Shown piece by piece: positions 49,154 through 57,675 of a stretch of DNA of 64,000 bases. The position numbers and the translations under genes were made by a program. The notes beneath the pieces were generated by a model. It was not told the DNA's origin and did no database searches. It saw only the letters and a list, made by a program, of their open reading frames with translations. The DNA comes from Acidimicrobiaceae bacterium (lineage in GTDB: Bacteria; Actinomycetota; Acidimicrobiia; Acidimicrobiales; RAAP-2). Numbering within the stretch: position 1 is the first letter of the stretch; every line of letters starts with the position of its first letter. The DNA lies in the NCBI GenBank assembly GCA_003138855.1, contig PLHF01000045.1, forward strand, positions 17,054-81,053, given 5' to 3'.

Positions 49154-49867
49154 TCAGCGGGCCGCGGTGATCTCGCTGACGACGGTCCGGGCCTCCGATT
49201 CGGTGAATCCCGCGACGGTCACCTGTCCACTGACCGTGGTGAAGTAGAGGGCGGTCGGCTGGATGAGCTGCTCGCTCACCACCTGCGCGTTCACGTCGAC
49301 GGCGACGAAGGCGTGGAACTGGGTCCTCGCCAGCTCGTTCCATGCGGCAGTGCCGGCACTGGTCAACGTGATATTGACCAGCCACCCGCCGTTCCCGACC
49401 TGGGCAGAAGCCGACTGGACGGACGCTCCGGTCAGGCCGGCCGGACCCAGTACGAAGCGACCGGCTGCCGGAGTCGGCGGCGCAGCAGGGAGCAGGACCG
49501 TGGCCGTAGCGGTGTCGTTGGCGGGGGTCGTGGACGGGTAGGCGGCGAACTGCGCGTCCGGTGGAATGCTCGTGTTGCTGGTGTAACCGTCAGGATTGCT
49601 CGAGCTGGGGGTCACCACGAGATTGAGAACGGACAGCTGGGACGCTGCCGCGCAGGGCGGCAGGGCACCGGCGGGAGGGGACTGTCCGGCGGCTCCGGCG
49701 TAGTCGGGAGCTGCACAGAGCACGGGCCGCACGGAGAACACGGCGGTCCCGGCCACACCGCCGATGGTCGAGGCGGTGCTCCCGGTGGTCCCGGTGGTCG
49801 AAGGGGGCGCGGCTGAAGAGCAGCCGGCGAGCAGCACTCCGATGCCCGTCACCATCACCGTCGCCAT
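49154..49867 (-). CDS. secreted lipoprotein with C-terminal SecD-P1-like domain (hypothetical)
   Basis: Signal plus lipobox (MATVMVTGIGVLLAGCSS) from ATG at 49867. The C-terminal ~100 aa follow the pattern of the SecD/SecF periplasmic P1 segment (L.G..V.SA.A...NGGW.V...L...G...W......H.FVAV.V...VVS...IQP.....G.V.V.GFTE.EA). Confidence 0.55.
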   Translation of the reverse strand: MATVMVTGIGVLLAGCSSAAPPSTTGTTGSTASTIGGVAGTAVFSVRPVLCAAPDYAGAAGQSPPAGALPPCAAASQLSVLNLVVTPSSSNPDGYTSNTSIPPDAQFAAYPSTTPANDTATATVLLPAAPPTPAAGRFVLGPAGLTGASVQSASAQVGNGGWLVNITLTSAGTAAWNELARTQFHAFVAVDVNAQVVSEQLIQPTALYFTTVSGQVTVAGFTESEARTVVSEITAAR

Positions 49868-49977
49868 CTTCGCCTTCAACTCCGCCTCTCCTTCCTCGCA
49901 GGTCACGGACACTAGCTGCGTATCCGGAGCTCGAAGCGCATGCCGTTCCGAGACCCGCGGCGGCGCGGTCCGCGTTC

Positions 49978-51006
49978 CTACTCGACGAGGGGAAGCGGTC
50001 GGGCCTCCGCTGCTGCCTGCCGGGGGCCGCCGTCGGCCGTCCAGCAGACCACCACCTGTGCCGGAGGAGCGATCCGCCGGTGCAGCAGCGCCAACCCCAC
50101 CGCGGCCCTGAGTCCGGGGGACCAGGCGACGGAGGTCAAATGCCCGACCTCGAACTCACCGTCGACGGTCAGGACTGCGGCGCCGGTCGGCGGCAGTTCG
50201 TACCCCGCGCTTCCCTCGACTCCGCCGGGCGCGCCGGCCCCGAGCACCAGCCCACTCATCTTTCGGGCAACCTTGGAGCCCCGGGCGTCGAGTCGGGCCA
50301 CCAGCTCCTGGCCGGTGAAACAACCTTTGGTGAACGACACCGTGCGCTCGACCAGCCCGACCTCTGCGGCGATGGTCGAATCGGTGATCTCCCTTCCGTT
50401 CACCGGCACGCCCGCCTCGATCCTCACTGCTTCCCATGCCGCATCCCCGCACCGGAGCACGCCCGGGTCGACCCAGCCGTCGATCGGGCCTCCGGGCGCG
50501 GGTGAGGGTCCGACCAGGTCGAATCCAGACAGGCCCGGCCACTCGACCGGCAGGCGCAGCACCCCGTCGGGACCCACACCGGCACCGGTGCCGGGATCAG
50601 CACCGTCTGCGGGCAGGGTCACCGCCCATCCGTCGGCCTCAGGTCCGCGGATCGCCACACAGCTCCACGGGAGCGGCTCGATCTCCACCTCGACCCGGAG
50701 CCGGAACCGCTTCAGTCGTGCATCGACGACCTCCCCGTACCCCGCGTCGGTGTCGATGATGAAGACATCGGCGGCCCTCCGGGTGACCCGGACCAAGGCA
50801 TCGATCTTCCCCTGCGGGCTCAACAGCAGCGCGTCCGCGGACCCTCCGATCGGCATGCCCTCGACGTCCTGGCTGCACTGGCCCTGCAGGTACGAGGCGG
50901 CGTCAGCACCGGACACGGACAGCACGTCCCTGTCGAGCTGGTGGGCACCCACCCCGTGGCGAAGGGCCTCGTACTCGGCTCCGAGGTTCGTCGCGGCGCC
51001 GGTCAC
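49978..51006 (-). CDS. ygfZ: folate-binding YgfZ / aminomethyltransferase (GcvT)-family protein
   Basis: GcvT_N-like N-terminus (EYEALRHGVGAHQLDRDVLSVSGADAASYLQGQCSQDV) and the KGCFTGQE motif typical of YgfZ. Confidence 0.8.
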   Translation of the reverse strand: MTGAATNLGAEYEALRHGVGAHQLDRDVLSVSGADAASYLQGQCSQDVEGMPIGGSADALLLSPQGKIDALVRVTRRAADVFIIDTDAGYGEVVDARLKRFRLRVEVEIEPLPWSCVAIRGPEADGWAVTLPADGADPGTGAGVGPDGVLRLPVEWPGLSGFDLVGPSPAPGGPIDGWVDPGVLRCGDAAWEAVRIEAGVPVNGREITDSTIAAEVGLVERTVSFTKGCFTGQELVARLDARGSKVARKMSGLVLGAGAPGGVEGSAGYELPPTGAAVLTVDGEFEVGHLTSVAWSPGLRAAVGLALLHRRIAPPAQVVVCWTADGGPRQAAAEARPLPLVE

Positions 51007-51018
51007 GCGGTCACCCGT

Positions 51019-52572
51019 TCACCGCGGTGCCGTCGCGGCTCGGGCCATGGCCACCGCCGACAGGATGGCCGCTGCCTTGTGGGCGCACTCGGCATTCTCC
51101 GAAGCCGGATCGCTGTCGGCCACGATGCCCGCCCCGGCCTGTACCGACGCGGTCCCGTCCGGACCGACGGTCATGGTCCGGATGGCGATGGCGGTGTCGA
51201 GATTGCCCGAGAAGTCGAGATACCCCACAACCCCGCCGTAGACGCCACGCCTGGTCGGCTCGAGATCGTCGATGATCTCCATCGCCCGTACTTTCGGGGC
51301 ACCGGAGAGGGTTCCTGCCGGGATGGTGGCGCGCAACACGTCGATCGGTCCCCTGCCCGGGGCCAGTTGGCCCGACACCTGGGAGGTCAGGTGCATGATG
51401 TGGCTGTAGCGCTCCACCACCATCATCTCGTCGACCACCTCGGTCCCGAAGCTGACCACCCGGCCCACGTCGTTGCGCGCCAGGTCCACCAGCATCACGT
51501 GCTCTGCAACCTCCTTCGGGTCTTCGACGAGCTCGCCGGCGAGCCGGCTGTCGTCCTCGGGAGTCGCCCCCCGGGGGCGAGATCCGGCGATGGGCCGCGA
51601 GATGACCGTTCCGTCGCGGAGGCGCACCATCGGTTCGGGGGACGCACCCACCACGGTCACCTCGGGGAAGCGGAGGAAGTAGAGGTAGGGGCTCGGATTG
51701 ACCAGGCGGAGGACGCGGTAGACGTCGAAGGGATCCGCACCCAGGGAGCCCAGGTCGAATCGTTGCGACAGGACCACCTGGAAGATGTCCCCGGCCGTGA
51801 CGTGCTCCTTGGCGGCCCGGACCGCGTCCTCGTAGAGCGAGTCGGACATCGTGCGTCGCACATCTGCAGGGGTGTCGACACGCTCGGGCAGGAGGCGTGG
51901 CGGTTGGTCCACCGGGCGGAAGCAGTCGGCGGCCAGCTGATCGAGCCGGGTCTCAGCCGCGTGGTGGGCGGCATGGAGATCGTCGACTCCCCAGTCCCGG
52001 TCGATGACCACGTTGTCGATCAGCACCACCCTCTGGCGCCAGTGGTCGAAGGCGGCCAGCTGGCCGATGACGGCCAGGATGGCGTCGGGCTGGCCCAGGT
52101 CGTCGTGGGGGGCGTTCGGAAGGTGCTCCACCTCGCGCACCACGTCGTACCCGAGATAACCGACCAGTCCGGCATGCAGCGGGGGCAGGTCCGCCAGCTC
52201 CGGTGATTTGAAGGCGCCCAGGATCGCCTCCAGGGCGGCCAAGACTCCCCCGGTCCCGCTGACCCCGTTGCCGGTCACCGCATCGAGGTCGAGGGTGCCG
52301 TCGGTGGTCACTACGCCGCCGCGGGAGGTGACGGTGGCCAGGGGATTCCTCCCGATGAAGGAGTACCGCCCCCACCGTTCGCCGCCCTCCACAGACTCGA
52401 GCAGGAACCCCGTGGTGTCCCCGCTGCCCACGATCTGCAGGAAGACAGCCACCGGGGTGATGGTGTCGGCCACCAGTTCGCGCCAGACCGGGACGATCCG
52501 GTGCTTGGATGCCAATGCCACGAAGCCGGATGGTCCCGGGCCGGTCGGGTCGTGCTCCAACGCCAGTGTCAT
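51019..52572 (-). CDS. trpE: anthranilate synthase component I
   Basis: Chorismate-binding blocks ([62 protein letters not shown]). ATG at 52572 overlaps the hisI stop (ATGA). The longer ORF to 52611 is less likely. Confidence 0.93.
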   Translation of the reverse strand: MTLALEHDPTGPGPSGFVALASKHRIVPVWRELVADTITPVAVFLQIVGSGDTTGFLLESVEGGERWGRYSFIGRNPLATVTSRGGVVTTDGTLDLDAVTGNGVSGTGGVLAALEAILGAFKSPELADLPPLHAGLVGYLGYDVVREVEHLPNAPHDDLGQPDAILAVIGQLAAFDHWRQRVVLIDNVVIDRDWGVDDLHAAHHAAETRLDQLAADCFRPVDQPPRLLPERVDTPADVRRTMSDSLYEDAVRAAKEHVTAGDIFQVVLSQRFDLGSLGADPFDVYRVLRLVNPSPYLYFLRFPEVTVVGASPEPMVRLRDGTVISRPIAGSRPRGATPEDDSRLAGELVEDPKEVAEHVMLVDLARNDVGRVVSFGTEVVDEMMVVERYSHIMHLTSQVSGQLAPGRGPIDVLRATIPAGTLSGAPKVRAMEIIDDLEPTRRGVYGGVVGYLDFSGNLDTAIAIRTMTVGPDGTASVQAGAGIVADSDPASENAECAHKAAAILSAVAMARAATAPR

Positions 52573-53138
52573 CGATCCGACGTCGTGTCGCCGAAGGAGC
52601 GGTAGAAGCAAGTGCGGTGACCGGTGTGACAGGCCCCCGCTCCCTCCTGGTCGACCTCGATCAACAGGGCGTCACCGTCGCAGTCGTAGTGGACGCTGCG
52701 CACGTACTGGCGGTCGCCCGAGGTCTCGCCCTTGCACCAGTACTCCTGTCGGCTACGGCTCCAGAACCAGGTCCTTCCGGTGTCGAGCGTGCGGTGGAGG
52801 GACTCGCTGTTCATCCAGGCGAACATGAGGACGGCACTGTCGGAGGCGTCCTGGACGATGGCCCCGACCAGACCGTCCCCGTTGAAGGTGATCCGATCGA
52901 ACTCGGCATCGGTAAAGGCGATCGGGGTGGCCGTGTAGGCGGTGGTGTCGTTCGTGCCGGTGTTCACGAGAGGTGCTCCCTGGTGCGTGTCGTTGCTGTC
53001 GTCTGGATCGTCGTCCGGGTCGTCTTGCAGGTCGTCATCTGGGTCGTCGGACAAGGTGGGTCGTCGGAGCGGAGCAGAGCGGCTGCGGGGCGGATACCGC
53101 TCGATGCGGCGTGTCCGGTGCCCGGCCTCGGGAGTCAT
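52569..53138 (-). CDS. hisI: phosphoribosyl-AMP cyclohydrolase, possibly with a basic-then-acidic disordered N-terminal extension
   Basis: Core GLVGAIVQD...[12 protein letters not shown]...[22 protein letters not shown]....[23 protein letters not shown] at 53138 lies 2 nt after the upstream stop. An internal GTG at 52967 with a GGGAG upstream would give a normal-length protein. Confidence 0.88.
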   Translation of the reverse strand: MTPEAGHRTRRIERYPPRSRSAPLRRPTLSDDPDDDLQDDPDDDPDDSNDTHQGAPLVNTGTNDTTAYTATPIAFTDAEFDRITFNGDGLVGAIVQDASDSAVLMFAWMNSESLHRTLDTGRTWFWSRSRQEYWCKGETSGDRQYVRSVHYDCDGDALLIEVDQEGAGACHTGHRTCFYRSFGDTTSDR

Positions 53139-53140
53139 GT

Positions 53141-53509
53141 TCAGAGATAGAGACCGGTCCCGCCGTCGATGCGGGTCGCGGCGACCGCATGGATGTCCCG
53201 CTCGCGGAGGATGATGTACTCGTCGCCCTGGACTTCCACTTCGAACTGGTCCTCGGGGTTGAACAGGACGTTGTCCCCCGCCTTGACCGATCGGACGTGG
53301 GGGCCCACGGCCACCGTCTCGGCCCAGGCGAGCCGCCGCGACACCTGGGCAGTGGCCGGAATCAGGATCCCCGCCCGTGAAAGACGCTCGCCCTCCGACG
53401 GCCCCACCTGGACCAACACCCGGTCGGCCAGAACGGTGATGGGCAGCTGGGCCCGGCTCCCGTCCCCGTTTTGGCTGGTTGCTGGAACTTCTGACGTCGT
53501 GGAAGCCAC
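53141..53509 (-). CDS. GroES/Cpn10-family protein (divergent paralogue)
   Basis: Aligns by eye to GroES: [11 protein letters not shown] (cf. I.PL.DRVLV), [12 protein letters not shown] (mobile-loop region), [33 protein letters not shown] start, no obvious SD. Confidence 0.65.
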   Translation of the reverse strand: MASTTSEVPATSQNGDGSRAQLPITVLADRVLVQVGPSEGERLSRAGILIPATAQVSRRLAWAETVAVGPHVRSVKAGDNVLFNPEDQFEVEVQGDEYIILRERDIHAVAATRIDGGTGLYL

Positions 53510-53548
53510 GATCTCAGGCTACCGCAGGGGTGATGGGGCCCGGCCGGA

Positions 53549-53593
53549 GCCGACTGAGCCGACTGAGCCGACTGAGCCAGCCCAGCCGACTGA
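53549..53593. repeat. 9-bp tandem repeat GCCGACTGA (3 perfect copies, 1 degenerate, 1 perfect)
   Basis: Read directly at 53549-53575; degenerate unit 53576-53584; final copy 53585-53593. Intergenic between hisF and the GroES-like gene. Confidence 0.85.
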
Positions 53594-53666
53594 GCGGGTC
53601 GGAGGGCCCGGGATAGGCCGGGATGACCCGTTCGGGCGAGGCAGCGGCTGCGGTCACAACGAGTGC

Positions 53667-53698
53667 AGTCAGGAGGGTGACGAGTCAGGAGGGTGACG
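53667..53698. repeat. 16-bp perfect tandem duplication AGTCAGGAGGGTGACG x2 spanning the hisF stop codon
   Basis: Copies at 53667-53682 and 53683-53698. The hisF TGA (53685-53687) lies in the second copy on the + strand. Confidence 0.85.
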
Positions 53699-54461
53699 GC
53701 GGGCGCACCGACACCCCCGCCAACTGCATGTACGCCTTCGCCTCGCCCACGGTGAACTCACCCAGATGGAAGATCGACGCGGCAAGCACCGCATCGGCGG
53801 ATCCCTCCAGGGCTCCCTCGACCAGGTGGTCGAGCGTCCCCACACCGCCCGATGCAACGACCGGCACCGGGGAGCGCTCGGCGATCGTGCGGGTCAGCTC
53901 CAGGTCGAACCCGTCGCGGGTGCCGTCGCGGTCCATCGAGGTGATCAACAACTCTCCCGCTCCGACGGCCGCGCACTGCTCCGACCAGGCCACGGCGTCC
54001 ACGCCGGTGGGCGTCCGGCCGCCGTGGGTGAACACCTCCCATTCCGTTGCCTCGCCCGATGCCCCTTCCGGTCGGCGTCGGCGGGCGTCGACCGCCACGA
54101 CGACGCACTGGCTACCGAACTCGTCGGCCAGCTCGGCGATGAGAGCTGGCCGGTCCACCGCTGCGGTGTTGATACCGACCTTGTCCGCTCCGGCCCGGAG
54201 CAACTGCCGGGCATCCTCGACCGAGCGCACCCCTCCGCCTACGGTGAAGGGGATGAAGACCACCTCGGCGGTCCGCGAGACGACGTCAACCATCGTCCGG
54301 CGGTTGTCCGAGGAAGCAGTGATGTCGAGGAAGACCAGTTCATCGGCACCCTGGGCGTCATAGCGCGTCGCCAACTCGACCGGGTCGCCGGCGTCGAACA
54401 GGTCGACGAACCGGACGCCCTTGACCACCCGACCTGCGTCCACGTCCAGGCAGGGGATCAC
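53685..54461 (-). CDS. hisF: imidazole glycerol phosphate synthase cyclase subunit
   Basis: [64 protein letters not shown] at 54461 overlaps the hisA stop (GTGA). Confidence 0.93.
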   Translation of the reverse strand: MIPCLDVDAGRVVKGVRFVDLFDAGDPVELATRYDAQGADELVFLDITASSDNRRTMVDVVSRTAEVVFIPFTVGGGVRSVEDARQLLRAGADKVGINTAAVDRPALIAELADEFGSQCVVVAVDARRRRPEGASGEATEWEVFTHGGRTPTGVDAVAWSEQCAAVGAGELLITSMDRDGTRDGFDLELTRTIAERSPVPVVASGGVGTLDHLVEGALEGSADAVLAASIFHLGEFTVGEAKAYMQLAGVSVRPPSPS

Positions 54462-55240
54462 ACGGACCGTCCGCAAGCCTCCACCCCCTCTGCCACGGTC
54501 ATCCGGCCGTCGACCAGAGCCCTGCCGGCGATCACACCACCGAGCCGCCGTTCCCCCCGGCCACCGGCAGTCTCCGGCGCTTCCACCCGGACGACCAGGC
54601 CGGCAAGCGCCTCTATGTCGGCCACCGACCCCACGCCACCCGAGGCGATCACCGGGAGCACCGTCCGCTGCAAGACGGCCCGCAGTCCGTCGAGGTCTGG
54701 GCCGGAGAGCATGCCGTCGCGATCGATGGCGGTCACGATCACTGCGGCCAACTCCACGTCGCCCAACTCCCCCAGGACATCGGAGACCGTGCGGCCACTC
54801 CCCTCTTCCCAGCCCCGGATCGCAACCTCCGCACGACCGTCCGTACCCTGGCGGTAGTCGAGGCCGAGAGCAACCCGACCGGGAAACCTGGCTGCCGCCC
54901 TGTGTGCCAGCCCCGGGTCCTCGAGGGCAGCGGTGCCGAGGATCACCCTGCTGATGCCGCCGTCGAGGAGCTCTTCGATATCCCCTTCCGAACGAACTCC
55001 CCCGCCGGTCTCGACCGGCACACCCACGGCGGCGGCAATGGCCAGCACCGTCGGACGATTCACCGGCCGGCCGGAACGCGCCGCATCGAGATCCACCACG
55101 TGCAGCCACGGAGCACCGGCATCGGCGAACCGGGTGGCCAGGGCCACCGGGTCTCCGTACTCGCTCTGCCTGTCGAAGTCACCCTGCTTCAGCCGGACGG
55201 CGGAGCCACCTCTGATGTCCACAGCCGGATAGAGGTCCAT
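54458..55240 (-). CDS. hisA: ProFAR isomerase HisA, PriA-like
   Basis: [41 protein letters not shown], the IRGWEEG segment (resembles the PriA RGW loop), [16 protein letters not shown]. Confidence 0.92.
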   Translation of the reverse strand: MDLYPAVDIRGGSAVRLKQGDFDRQSEYGDPVALATRFADAGAPWLHVVDLDAARSGRPVNRPTVLAIAAAVGVPVETGGGVRSEGDIEELLDGGISRVILGTAALEDPGLAHRAAARFPGRVALGLDYRQGTDGRAEVAIRGWEEGSGRTVSDVLGELGDVELAAVIVTAIDRDGMLSGPDLDGLRAVLQRTVLPVIASGGVGSVADIEALAGLVVRVEAPETAGGRGERRLGGVIAGRALVDGRMTVAEGVEACGRSV

Positions 55241-55857
55241 CAGGCACAGGCCTCATCGACGCGGCGCACGAAGTTGGCCAGGATGCCCAGTCCGACCGCC
55301 CCCGACTTCTCCGGGTGGAACTGGGTTCCCCACAAGGCGCCCCGCTCGGCCGACGCGGTGATCGCGCCGCCGTACTCGCAGGTGGACGTGGTGTCAGCCG
55401 TCCGCTCGGGGGCGTACGAGTGGACGAAGTAGACCCACGCCGGATCAGGCACCCCGCCAAGGAGGCCCGAGTCGCATCCGTCCGCGATCTCGACCACGTT
55501 CCACTGCATCTGGGGATGCTTGACCCCGTCCGGTAACCGCCTCACCGTGCCGGGCAGGATGCCGAGGCCCGATGCAGAGGGATCCTCGTCGGAGCCCTCG
55601 TACAGGAGCTGGAATCCCACGCAGATGCCCAGGAACGGCACGCCGCGGCCGATGGCGAAACGCGCGGCGCCGTCCAGCCCGCTCATCCTCAAGGCCTGGG
55701 CACAACGCCCGAAGGCTCCCACCCCGGGGAGCACCACGCCGTCGGCCGTGGCGGCGCGTTCGGGGTCATCGATGAGCTCGGCCTCGGCCCCCAGGTGCTG
55801 GAGTGCCTTCTCCGCGGAGCGCAGGTTGCCGATGCCGTAGTCGAGGACGGCGATCAC
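55240..55857 (-). CDS. hisH: imidazole glycerol phosphate synthase glutamine amidotransferase subunit
   Basis: IAVLDYGIGNLRS, LPGVGAFG, GICVGFQLL (catalytic Cys), YFVHSY, QFHPEKS. GTG at 55857 chosen; the longest ORF extends to 55971 into hisB. Confidence 0.9.
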   Translation of the reverse strand: MIAVLDYGIGNLRSAEKALQHLGAEAELIDDPERAATADGVVLPGVGAFGRCAQALRMSGLDGAARFAIGRGVPFLGICVGFQLLYEGSDEDPSASGLGILPGTVRRLPDGVKHPQMQWNVVEIADGCDSGLLGGVPDPAWVYFVHSYAPERTADTTSTCEYGGAITASAERGALWGTQFHPEKSGAVGLGILANFVRRVDEACA

Positions 55858-55918
55858 TGGCGCCGGGACGGCCGAGGGACGTGCCGTCCCCTCCGAGGTG
55901 CACCGCAGGACACGGCGA

Positions 55919-56572
55919 TTACAGGGCGCCCTTGGTGGACGGGATGCCGCCACCCTCGACCCGGACCGCATCCCGCAGGGCCCGCGCCACCCCTTTGAAT
56001 GAAGCCTCCACGATGTGATGGGTGTTCTTTCCTGATATCAACCTCAAGTGGAGGGTTAGACCTGCCGAAGTGGAGAAGGCTCTCCAGAACTCCTCGGCCA
56101 GCTGGGGATCGAAGGGCGGGGTGCCCAATGGAGTGGTGTCCGGGGGGAACTCGATGCCGTAGGCCAGGTACGGGCGCCCGGACAGGTCGAGGGCCACCTC
56201 CACCAGTGCCTCGTCGAGCGGGAGGGCAATGGAGCCGAAGCGGCGGATGCCTGTCTTGTCCCCCAGGGCCTCGGACAGCACCTCGCCCAGGGTGATGCCG
56301 ACGTCCTCGACTGTGTGGTGGGCGTCGACTTCGAGGTCACCCACGGCGGAGACGGTCAGGTCGAACCCGCCGTGGCGCCCCAGCTGGCTGATCATGTGGT
56401 CGAAGAACGGCAGACCCGTCGACACCTCGTTGGTGCCGCCACCGTCCAGGTCGATGGTCACGTCGATGGTTGTCTCCTTGGTCGCCCGTCGGTTCGTCGC
56501 CGTACGGCGGGTCGGGGACGATGCCGGGGACGGTTCCGGTGTCGGCGCTGGGCTCGGTGTCGGTGCGCTCAT
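55919..56572 (-). CDS. hisB: imidazoleglycerol-phosphate dehydratase
   Basis: TKET.I.V...LDG, TG..FFDHM..QL..HG.FDL, D.HHT.ED.GI.LG, G.N.HH..E..FK. ATG at 56572 overlaps the hisC stop (ATGA). Pro/Ser/Thr-rich N-terminus. Confidence 0.92.
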   Translation of the reverse strand: MSAPTPSPAPTPEPSPASSPTRRTATNRRATKETTIDVTIDLDGGGTNEVSTGLPFFDHMISQLGRHGGFDLTVSAVGDLEVDAHHTVEDVGITLGEVLSEALGDKTGIRRFGSIALPLDEALVEVALDLSGRPYLAYGIEFPPDTTPLGTPPFDPQLAEEFWRAFSTSAGLTLHLRLISGKNTHHIVEASFKGVARALRDAVRVEGGGIPSTKGAL

Positions 56573-57675
56573 TGAAGGCTTTCGCTCAGTGCGGCCAGGA
56601 ACCTGTCGTTCTCCGATGGGAGCCCCACCGTCACCCGGAGGCAACCGGTGAGGCCTGGCCACTTCGAACAGTCTCGCACGAGCACCGATGCGCCGAGGAG
56701 GTCAGTCCACACGTCGCGGGCCTCCTTCCGCAACGGCCGGAAGAGGATGAAGTTGGCGTCCGATGGCCAGGTTTCGACGGGCAGCGCGGCAAGCGTGGCC
56801 GCCATCCGCCCCCGCTCCTCCCTCACCATCGCCACCCGGTCCTCCATCTCGTCGACGAACCGGAGGGCCAGGCGCCCAGCCAACTGCTTTGCCGCGTCGA
56901 GGTGGTACGGCAACGTCACCATCTCACAGGCCCGGACTACCTCAGGGTCTGCGACCAGGTACCCGAGCCTCGTCCCGGCCATCGACCAGGTCTTCGAAAA
57001 CGTCCGGACCGCCGCCGTGCGCTCCGCCCCCGGGCCCCTGCCACGCAGGATCTCCAATGCCGACGACGGCGCGAACTGCCCGTACGCCTCATCCACCACC
57101 ACCAGGCCGGGGGCCATGGCCACCACCGCCTCGATGTCGGCCAGCGGATCGGCCCTGCCCGTCGGGTTGTTCGGCGAACAGAGGAAGGTGATCACCGGAT
57201 CGCCGGCACCGACCACCCTGCGCACCTCGCCGAGGTCGAGTTCGAAGGCATCGGACCGGCGTCCTGCCACGACCTCGGTCCCGGTGATGCGTGCGATGTG
57301 GCGATGGAGTGTGTACGTGGGCTCGAAGAGAGCTACGGCGCGACCCGGTCCCCCGTAGGCCAACAACAGCGATTGCAGCACCTCGTTCGACCCATTGGCA
57401 CAGAAGACCTGTTCGGGTGGCACGCCATGGCTGTCGGCCAACCCTCGGCGGAGTTCGGTGGCCTCTCGATCCGGATACCGGTTGAATTCGATGCGGGCGA
57501 TTCCGGAAAGCAACGCCTCGTACCACCCAGGCGGGGGCGGTAGCGGCGACTCGTTGGTGTTGAGGCGGACCTCGACGTCGACCTGTTCCGAGTGGTAGCC
57601 GGTCAGGGCCGCCAGGTCCGGGCGCACGGGAGGGAGGCCCAGGTGCCCGCCCGTGCCACGGCCTACCGGGGCCAT
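56569..57675 (-). CDS. hisC: histidinol-phosphate aminotransferase
   Basis: LNTNESP, YPD, NGSNE, SPNNPTG, VVDEAY, and TFSK (PLP lysine). Confidence 0.92.
   Translation of the reverse strand: MAPVGRGTGGHLGLPPVRPDLAALTGYHSEQVDVEVRLNTNESPLPPPPGWYEALLSGIARIEFNRYPDREATELRRGLADSHGVPPEQVFCANGSNEVLQSLLLAYGGPGRAVALFEPTYTLHRHIARITGTEVVAGRRSDAFELDLGEVRRVVGAGDPVITFLCSPNNPTGRADPLADIEAVVAMAPGLVVVDEAYGQFAPSSALEILRGRGPGAERTAAVRTFSKTWSMAGTRLGYLVADPEVVRACEMVTLPYHLDAAKQLAGRLALRFVDEMEDRVAMVREERGRMAATLAALPVETWPSDANFILFRPLRKEARDVWTDLLGASVLVRDCSKWPGLTGCLRVTVGLPSENDRFLAALSESLQ

Noticed and set aside
52572-52700. Trp-codon leader peptide or attenuator upstream of trpE
   Set aside because: The sequence upstream of trpE is the hisI coding region and the trpE ATG overlaps the hisI stop. 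No separate short Trp-rich ORF is present.
53685-55109. 474-aa ORF suggesting a much longer HisF
   Set aside because: The upstream 216 codons overlap hisA in another frame and are Arg/Gly-rich. HisF homology starts at VIPCLDV, with a GTGA junction at 54461.
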